The notes under the pieces were generated by a model, which worked only from the letters and a program-made list of their open reading frames with translations, did not search any database and was not told the origin of the DNA. Of a stretch of DNA of 64,000 nt, positions 57,653 to 64,000 are shown piece after piece. Positions within the stretch are counted from its first letter, which is position 1. The number at the start of each line of letters is the position of its first letter. The DNA is from Phycisphaerae bacterium (lineage in GTDB: Bacteria > Planctomycetota > Phycisphaerae > Tepidisphaerales > Tepidisphaeraceae), in contig BPJO01000003.1 in the NCBI GenBank assembly GCA_026004655.1, positions 122,254 to 186,253 of the forward strand, written 5' to 3'. The position numbers and the translations under genes are program-made.

Positions 57653-58393
57653 TTGTTGATCAGCTTCTGGGAAGATGAGTTCGCGAGTTACGAGAAGCGG
57701 CTAGTCGCCGAGATCATCTCACCCATCCAGAACAAGGTGGGTCGCCTGCTGCTGGCACCGGTGATCCGCAATGTACTATGTCAAGTCACGAGCCGGATCG
57801 ACTTCCGGTTCATGATGGACCGGCGTCGCATCTTTGTCGCCAACCTCTCCAAGGGAAAACTTGGCGACGATCAGGCAAACTTTCTGGGGGCGATCCTAAT
57901 CACGCAATTCCGTTTAGCGTCCATGTCTCGTGCCAATTTATCTGAGCAAGCCCGCGTGCCCTTCAATCTGGTGGTGGACGAGTTCCACAACTTCACGACC
58001 GACTCGTTCGCGACGATTCTGGCGGAGTCCCGTAAGTACGGCCTGCATTTGACGCTTTCGCACCAGCACTTGGCTCAACTGCCGTCAGACCTCGCCGCCG
58101 CGGTTCTGGGCAACGTCGGGACGATCATCGCATTTCGCACGGGAGAGGCCGATGCCGAGCGGCTTGCGCGGGAGTTCGGCAACGATTATCGCGCCGGACA
58201 CTTTACGGATTTGGCGAACCACGAGATTCGACTCAAATCTCAGGGCGATGCCGCCGAACCCGTCTTCGTGCGGACCTTGCCGCCGCTTCCGGCCAAGCGA
58301 AAAAACGGCGACACACTCATTCGACGATCACGTGAAAAGTATGCGGCCAAACGGGCGGTGGTCGAGGACAAGATCGCGCGATGGCTGGCATGA
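57653..58393 (+). pseudogene. 5'-truncated type IV coupling protein / TraD-VirD4-like ATPase fragment
   Basis: Only the C-terminal ~246 aa are present: Walker B-like FNLVVDEFHNF, then SRKYGLHLTLSHQHLAQL and GNVGTIIAFRTG. There is no Walker A or TM region. The frame opens only at 57614. Confidence 0.65.
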
Positions 58394-59175
58394 GCGATCT
58401 CTCAAGTCGTGTGCGCATCCAGCCCCGCGATCTGGAACTGTTGTCGGGGCTGCTCGAGTTGAGAGTGATGACGCTCGCGCAGGTAAGGAATATCCATTTC
58501 GCCGGCAAGCATGCCGCCGCCCGACGGCGAATTCGCTTACTCAAGGACGCGGGCATCGTGCGGGAGTTACCGCGTCACCGCTTCGAGACGTCCGTGCTGA
58601 CACTAACGCCTCACGCGATCCGTCTACTACGGCACAAAGGTCGATTGGCACAGTTCGTTATGCATACCGATCGATGGATTCTTCGGCGAACCATCGTCAG
58701 TCATCGGCTACTGTGCCACGAACTGATGGTGTCTGAATCCAAAGCGATGCTTCATCAGGCCGAACGTCGGGACGGCCACTTCAGCGTGGAATCATTCCAT
58801 GCTTGGCCCGGACACACCCGAATCAGCGCACAGGTGCGTCGTCGCGGGGGACTGGCAGTTCGATGGATCGACATCCGGCCCGACGCGATCGCCACACTCC
58901 GATTCACGGGGGAACCGCCGACGACAGTCTTTATCGAGGCCGATCGTTCGACCGAAACCTGGGCCGTGCTGCGGGACAAAGTAGATGCATACCACGAGTT
59001 GTTTCGATCCCAAACGATAATGCGGTTCCGTGGACCGCTGTTGCTCATGGTGTTTTCGTCCCGTCGTCGTGCCTGTCGGTGCACACGTTGGCTGGCGATA
59101 CGGAGTAGAAATGCAACACAAGGTACGATCCCTGTGGTAGTGGTGCACGCTGGTCTCGTAGTACGCTCCAAATGA
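58381..59175 (+). CDS. Replication-relaxation family protein
   Basis: 264 aa. IQPRDLELLSGLLELRVMTLAQVRNIHF...AARRRIRLLKDAGIV resembles the winged-helix N-terminus of the replication-relaxation family. It overlaps the coupling-protein fragment by 13 nt. Confidence 0.6.
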   Translation: MAGMSDLSSRVRIQPRDLELLSGLLELRVMTLAQVRNIHFAGKHAAARRRIRLLKDAGIVRELPRHRFETSVLTLTPHAIRLLRHKGRLAQFVMHTDRWILRRTIVSHRLLCHELMVSESKAMLHQAERRDGHFSVESFHAWPGHTRISAQVRRRGGLAVRWIDIRPDAIATLRFTGEPPTTVFIEADRSTETWAVLRDKVDAYHELFRSQTIMRFRGPLLLMVFSSRRRACRCTRWLAIRSRNATQGTIPVVVVHAGLVVRSK

Positions 59176-59243
59176 AAACGGGCGGCCAGTCCAAAGTCTG
59201 GTCGCCCGTGTTGCTCGCAGGATCGTCTCCAGTTGAGCGACTG

Positions 59244-60335
59244 CTATCTGCCAACGCCTGATTCAACGAAGTCATGCAGCAGTGCTGACAGCTCTTCGCC
59301 GTCGAGGTCCGTTGGTTGGCGGTCGTCATCAATGCGCAACCATCGGCACGCCCGATACGGCGAGACGCGTTGGAGTAATTCCGCCGCACACCGCTCACCG
59401 GCGTCGTCACCGTCCGTGAATACGATCGCGACACCGTCCGGGGACAACGCCTGCACGATCAGATTCGCCTGATCCGGCGAGCAGTCCGCGCCCATTACCG
59501 CCACGACATTCGAATGCCCGTGCTGCCACAGCCACCAGACCGATGGGTATCCTTCCACGAGGATGAGGCTGCGGGTCGGTGTGGTGAGGCGGTGGAGGTT
59601 ATACAGGAGTCTGGACTTCTCAAATCGGTGCCGAACGCCGTTGCGCTCGCGCTCGCCGGGCAGCTTGTACTTCGGTTCCGCATCGGTGAAACCCTCGTCA
59701 CGCGTCAGTCGTCCTGCGTAACCAACGAGGTGACCCAGTGAGTCGTGGATTGGGATCGCGACGCGGCCTTTCATCGCACCGCGATTGCAGTACCCCAGGC
59801 CGAAGTGCGCGATCGTCTCGGCTAGAAATCCACGCTCCAACAGATACGGGTGTTCGGCGTCGAGATCCTTCAGCGAGAAATCCAAGGGTTCGTTGACCTT
59901 GACCGGCGAAGTATTGACGTGCGTTTCATTCGTGTGAGTGTCCGATGCTGTTGCGGTCGGTACTGTTCGAGGAATGGACGCTCGCGTTGCTGGTGGTCGC
60001 CTCTCGGTAGCGCGGTCGACTCCAGCGATGCCGAAGACTTCTCTCACGCGAAGCGCGCCGCGTCGGAAGTCCGCTGTATCGGTCGGATCAAACCCCTCCA
60101 TCCGCACCGCCAGATCCAAGGCGTTCCCACCGACATGACAACCGAAACAGTTCCACAGACCCCGTGTCAGATGAGCGGAGAATGAGGCGGATCGGCCTGT
60201 GCCAGGATGCTTCGGCAGTGGGCACGGACCGGTGCCGCGATCACCACGCTCCTTAAGATCAATGCCATACCGAGACAAGACGGCACGAAGCGTCAAGCTA
60301 GCGCGTAGCGATTTGTAGTCAATCCAGTCAGACAT
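59244..60335 (-). CDS. DNA primase (CHC2 zinc finger plus Toprim)
   Basis: Trimmed to ATG 60335, which follows AAGGAG (MSDWIDYKSL). The CHC2 finger reads CPLPKHPGTGRSASFSAHLTRGLWNCFGCHVGGNALDL. The Toprim domain reads LILVEGYPSV...VFTDGDDAG. Confidence 0.8.
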   Translation of the reverse strand: MSDWIDYKSLRASLTLRAVLSRYGIDLKERGDRGTGPCPLPKHPGTGRSASFSAHLTRGLWNCFGCHVGGNALDLAVRMEGFDPTDTADFRRGALRVREVFGIAGVDRATERRPPATRASIPRTVPTATASDTHTNETHVNTSPVKVNEPLDFSLKDLDAEHPYLLERGFLAETIAHFGLGYCNRGAMKGRVAIPIHDSLGHLVGYAGRLTRDEGFTDAEPKYKLPGERERNGVRHRFEKSRLLYNLHRLTTPTRSLILVEGYPSVWWLWQHGHSNVVAVMGADCSPDQANLIVQALSPDGVAIVFTDGDDAGERCAAELLQRVSPYRACRWLRIDDDRQPTDLDGEELSALLHDFVESGVGR

Positions 60336-60720
60336 GGACAGCTCCTTTGAAGAAGTGGTGTGTAAGGTGACGCGGTGTACATCACTCAGGTGATTGGGTT
60401 GGAAAGAACAAGGTAACTCTGTTCTCAGTGAAGCACAGCGAAGGCACGTGGCGCAAGTCGATCCTGTGGAGATCAAGTGCTGCCGGTCTGTGTCAAGCCG
60501 CCCGGTGTCGTTGTGGAGACTGGCTTAGAGAAAACCGTTAGCGTGCGATGTGATTCCTCTCACCTGTACGACATCGTCGTTCAACGATCGAGGGCGAAGT
60601 GACTTTCCGAGACGACCCATTAGTGTGCAAAGAAGCTCCGAGTGTCGGCGTCGGAACGCTGCCAGTCACCAAACGGCCCGCTAACTCCCTGTAAGTCAAA
60701 GAATAATCCCTGAAAACTGT

Positions 60721-60749
60721 TTGACACGAAACGGACCGGTCGCTCTAAT
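60721..60749 (+). promoter_or_regulatory. Candidate sigma70-type promoter (TTGACA-N17-TCTAAT) upstream of the RHS gene
   Basis: TTGACA is at 60721-60726 and TCTAAT at 60744-60749. This leaves a ~100-nt leader before ATG 60855. Confidence 0.3.
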
Positions 60750-60854
60750 CCACATAGGTGGAATAATCCGACCGGGGGACGGTACTCCGGCACATCATCT
60801 TGCAGGTGCTTATCGAATCAGTTGTACGCGACTGATTAATTCAGGGAGCGGTCT

Positions 60855-63800
60855 ATGGTCAAGGGACGACTTTCGGCGGCGATTCATCGTGCAGTTTCCT
60901 CCGTAATGGGAGGCATCGGTGCGCAATCGCGCATCTTGGGCCGATCGCCGATGGAGAAGCTGGAAGAGAGGCGTCTATTCGCGACTTACGTTGTCGAAAT
61001 CGATCCCTACCTCACTCAGGGCAACGCCGGAAACGCCAACACCGGCACGCTGACGCTGAAAGACGACAACCGCATCGAGAACCCCTCCGGCGCTACCGAG
61101 GACGATCGCATCAAGACGGCCATCGATGCCGCCGTCCAGTCCGCCAGTGCGACCACCACACCGCCAGGGACGACGTACAACTACCCGAACACGTCGCGGT
61201 TCAAGATCGGTAAGTTTTCGGACATCGCCGGCCTGACCATCCCCTCCGGTTACACGTCAGACGATTGGGTCATCGGGTTCGAGGACTTGACCGACAACGA
61301 TTTCAACGACGGGTTCTGGGCGGTGAAGGTCGAAGTCGACGATGGCTATGATGACGACGAAAGCGAGTCCGAGGATGATGTCAGCAACTGCTGCAACGAT
61401 TGTGGTTGTGCAGTAATCGAGGATGACAGCGGCGGGACGAATGGTGAATCCAAGGACACCGACTGTCCGATCAGCTATCACGATGGCACCGTCAACATCT
61501 CTGAGACCGACTTCGCCGGCAACGGCTTTGGCGTCAACTGGAGCACCACCCGCAACTGGTCGAACGAACTGACGCTTGAAGGCGATAAAGCGATCGGTAA
61601 CGGCTGGATGCTCGGAAGTCGGCCGTTCCTGCAGCAATCCGGTGATGACATTAAGTTTGTGACCAATGGGCGTGATGCCAAGTGGTTCGAGGGTTCGGGT
61701 GGCAGTTACACGCCCCGGTTCCATACGACCGGCAGTTTTGTCACCTCCGGCTCGGACTTTATCTACCGCGATTCCAGTGGCCAGACCTTTACGTTCTGGG
61801 GCTTCGGCAGCGCACAGCCCGGTCAGTTGAAAGAGATGACCACCCGCGGTGGCGTCACCACGTCCCTCACATACACATCGGGCCAGTTGACCGAAGTGAA
61901 CCGCAGCCAGGTCGTGGGGTCCGACACGATCTACGAGCGGTACGTCTACACGTATCTGACCAGCGGCGACAACACCGGCAAGATCTCCAATATCGACCAA
62001 CAACGAAAGATCAATGCAGGCAGTTGGTCTACGGTGCGAGAAGCGGATTACACCTACTACAACATCAAGAACGGTGCCGGCACTGCGGACGATCCGGGCG
62101 GCAATGTCGGTGATCTCAAGCGCGTCGTCGTCAAGGACGGCAGCGGCAACACGATCACGACCAGCTACTACCGCTACTGGGAACACGTCATCGACGGCAG
62201 CGGCAAGTTCACCCAGCCAGCCAACGGTTACGTCGGCGGCCTGAAGTATGTTGTCACCGACGCCTCCTACAACCGGCTTGTCGAGGCGGTGGGCGCTTCC
62301 AATGTCGATTCGACTTCCGACACCACGTTGGCGACCTACGCCAACCACTACTTCGAGTACAACAAGGACCGCGAGGCGACCAAGGAGATTGCCCAGGGCG
62401 AAGGGTGCTCAACCTGCACCGGCGGGCTCGGGAGTTTCACGTACTCGCGCACAAAGAGCGCACACGCCAAGTCGTTCAACAACTGGGTCGTCAAGACGAT
62501 CGAGACGCTCCCGGACGGCAACCAGAACATCGTCTACACCAACGGCTACGGCAAGATCATGCTCAAGGCGTACAAGGAGACTGCCACGGGCAACCAGTGG
62601 ATCGAGTACTGGCGGTACGACGCGAACGGTCGCGTGATCCGCCGCGCCGCACCGTCGGCGGTGACCGGTTACGACGATGCGAACTATGCCGACCTGGTCA
62701 ACTACAACACCGGCAGCAATACGGCCCAGTACCTCAGTGATTCCAGCGGGTTGATCGAGATTTTCGAGTACGGGACAAGCACGACGGCCACCAGTTCCGT
62801 CGCCGGGGACGTCACCGGATACCTCAAATCCACCAGTCTCCAGAACGGCGACACCGGCACGGCGGTGCTTCAGGTGTCGCGCACCTACATCGCCCGCACG
62901 GGCGGCAGCAACACTATCTACCCAGTCGCGTCTGAGACGATCTACCGCAACACCGGCGGCGGAGGCGGTCAGACGACCAACTACACGTACACGTGGATCG
63001 GCAGCACGACGCAGATGGCAACACGGACCGTCAGCCTGCCGGCCGCCACGACAGCGCAGAACGGATCGAACGCTGTCGTCACTGCGGTGACCCACTTCGA
63101 CACGTATGGTCGCGCCATCTGGGTTGTCGACGGCGACGGCTACATCACCTACAACGAGTACGACCAGAACACCGGGGCGATGACCAAGCAGGTCGTGGAT
63201 GCCAATCCTGGCAGCATCAGTGGCGCGCCGGTCAGCGGGCCGACCCGCAGCGGTTCGCTGCCGACCGCACTGGGTCTTACCACGACGATGGTCGTGGATA
63301 ACCTTGGCCGGGTGACGAAGGTCACCGATCCCAACGGCAACGTCACGATTGGCACCGCGGGCACAGATTACCTGCGTACTGAACTTGGCTACGATGATCG
63401 CGGCCGTCAGGCACGGGTGAAACGCGCGGACGGCACGTGGACACACACGGTCTACGACGGCTTGGGCCGGGTCGTCAGCACGTGGAAGGGGACCGACAAC
63501 ACAGGCTGGACCCAGACCAACCCCGCCGGTTCCGGTGGCAGCAACAACATGGTCAAAGTGTCGGAGAACATCTACGACAACGGCGGTATTGGCGACTCGA
63601 ACGTCACCGAGTCCCGCAGCGTCTTCGGTTCAGGCGGCAGCGACTTCTACGCCACCAAGTATCAATATGACTTCCGCAATCGCATGACCGACATGCGAAG
63701 CGCGGACAAGGTGGGGACCAAGTACACCCTGGACAACCTTGGCCAGCTAACAACGATCGAGTACTACGCGGATGCCGACACCGACTTCGTGATCGACTCA

Positions 63801-64000
63801 ACCGAGCTACGCGGCAAAACCATCAGCTCGTTCGACGAGCGCGGCCAGGTCTTCGACTCGACGGTCTATGAGGTCGATCCGTCCACGGGCAGCAATCCGG
63901 GTACTATCCGTGACGGGATGAAGACCTTGTTCTGGTACGACGCCCGCGGCAACGTCGCAAAGACCCGTGACGCGAACGGACTGCAGAACAAGAACGTTTA
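60855..64000 (+). CDS. RHS/YD-repeat protein with an N-terminal LEERRLF motif and a DUF4114-like module; open at the right window edge
   Basis: Not in the ORF track because it has no stop in the window. Frame 0 is open from ATG 60855 (GGGAG lies 8 nt upstream, in-frame stop at 60837) to 64000, as I verified at several points. The N-terminus contains MEKLEERRLFATYVV, then WVIGFEDLTDNDFNDGFWAVKV, an acidic/Cys-rich linker and many YD-type repeats (YTYD.., YDGLGRVV, FDERGQVFDS, WYDARGNV). Confidence 0.85.
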   Translation, partial: MVKGRLSAAIHRAVSSVMGGIGAQSRILGRSPMEKLEERRLFATYVVEIDPYLTQGNAGNANTGTLTLKDDNRIENPSGATEDDRIKTAIDAAVQSASATTTPPGTTYNYPNTSRFKIGKFSDIAGLTIPSGYTSDDWVIGFEDLTDNDFNDGFWAVKVEVDDGYDDDESESEDDVSNCCNDCGCAVIEDDSGGTNGESKDTDCPISYHDGTVNISETDFAGNGFGVNWSTTRNWSNELTLEGDKAIGNGWMLGSRPFLQQSGDDIKFVTNGRDAKWFEGSGGSYTPRFHTTGSFVTSGSDFIYRDSSGQTFTFWGFGSAQPGQLKEMTTRGGVTTSLTYTSGQLTEVNRSQVVGSDTIYERYVYTYLTSGDNTGKISNIDQQRKINAGSWSTVREADYTYYNIKNGAGTADDPGGNVGDLKRVVVKDGSGNTITTSYYRYWEHVIDGSGKFTQPANGYVGGLKYVVTDASYNRLVEAVGASNVDSTSDTTLATYANHYFEYNKDREATKEIAQGEGCSTCTGGLGSFTYSRTKSAHAKSFNNWVVKTIETLPDGNQNIVYTNGYGKIMLKAYKETATGNQWIEYWRYDANGRVIRRAAPSAVTGYDDANYADLVNYNTGSNTAQYLSDSSGLIEIFEYGTSTTATSSVAGDVTGYLKSTSLQNGDTGTAVLQVSRTYIARTGGSNTIYPVASETIYRNTGGGGGQTTNYTYTWIGSTTQMATRTVSLPAATTAQNGSNAVVTAVTHFDTYGRAIWVVDGDGYITYNEYDQNTGAMTKQVVDANPGSISGAPVSGPTRSGSLPTALGLTTTMVVDNLGRVTKVTDPNGNVTIGTAGTDYLRTELGYDDRGRQARVKRADGTWTHTVYDGLGRVVSTWKGTDNTGWTQTNPAGSGGSNNMVKVSENIYDNGGIGDSNVTESRSVFGSGGSDFYATKYQYDFRNRMTDMRSADKVGTKYTLDNLGQLTTIEYYADADTDFVIDSTELRGKTISSFDERGQVFDSTVYEVDPSTGSNPGTIRDGMKTLFWYDARGNVAKTRDANGLQNKNV

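Larger units (their letters stand above)
48646..64000. mobile_element. Genomic island adjacent to the ssrA 3' end (mosaic; integrative/mobilisable-element remnants), right boundary beyond the window
   Basis: GC content rises abruptly by eye right after ssrA. The region carries a serine recombinase, a truncated coupling protein, a replication-relaxation protein, a primase, an RHS protein and orphan genes. tmRNA genes are established island integration hotspots. Confidence 0.6.

Noticed and set aside
61257-63446. Two long minus-strand ORFs (363 aa and 345 aa) opposite the RHS gene
   Set aside because: Their translations are Arg/Gly/Ala/Val-rich and low-complexity, and they lie exactly antisense to a strongly motif-bearing YD-repeat frame. 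These are typical GC-rich antisense artefacts.
1-64000. Looked for CRISPR arrays, rRNA, IS elements with terminal inverted repeats, reverse transcriptases/DGR repeats, and toxin-antitoxin pairs
   Set aside because: I could find no regularly spaced direct repeats, rRNA-like segments, transposase or RT motifs by eye. Absence is not proven without a repeat-finder.

Overview
The 64-kb window falls into three parts, probably from a Planctomycetota-like genome. That assignment is an inference from the LEERRLF N-terminal motif, PEP-CTERM tails and SusCD-less CAZyme clusters.

(1) 1-39.4 kb is an intact, tightly packed chromosomal locus of moderate GC by eye, dominated by carbohydrate-active enzymes: GH127-like, GH2, GH106-like, GH95/DUF5703-like, DUF5060/DUF4038-type, a PL1 pectate lyase, and beta-helix and (alpha/alpha)6 hydrolases. 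Two rare-sugar catabolic modules are interleaved with them. One is a FucI-like isomerase, a split transketolase and an FGGY kinase. The other is a RuBisCO-like protein, a DUF1537 acid-sugar kinase, a single-Cys Asp/Glu-racemase-fold protein and a Gfo/Idh/MocA oxidoreductase. Hexuronate genes (uxaA, uxaB) and an MFS transporter are also present. After these come hisA, a PEP-CTERM/DUF4114-like secreted protein, a Fur-family regulator and small membrane proteins.

(2) 39.4-47.4 kb holds five consecutive genes, each broken by several frameshifts: CvpA-like, GspE/PilB-like ATPase, sugar nucleotidyltransferase, TlpA-like thioredoxin and Lhr-type helicase. Several breaks sit at homopolymer runs. An intact PdeM-like gene follows.

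(3) A tmRNA gene (48254-48642) is followed immediately by a visibly GC-richer mosaic island that runs to the window end. It carries:
- a large serine recombinase with one frameshift in a homopolymer;
- a PEP-CTERM alpha/beta-hydrolase;
- an orphan cassette of an unknown protein, an HNH fusion and a 2-TM coiled-coil protein;
- a large helical protein whose N-terminus resembles a GAP1-N2 conflict-system domain;
- conjugation/mobilisation remnants (truncated coupling protein, replication-relaxation protein, primase);
- a large RHS/YD-repeat protein that is open at the right edge.

No CRISPR array, rRNA or free-standing tRNA was seen. All family assignments come from motif recognition by eye. No database search was run.
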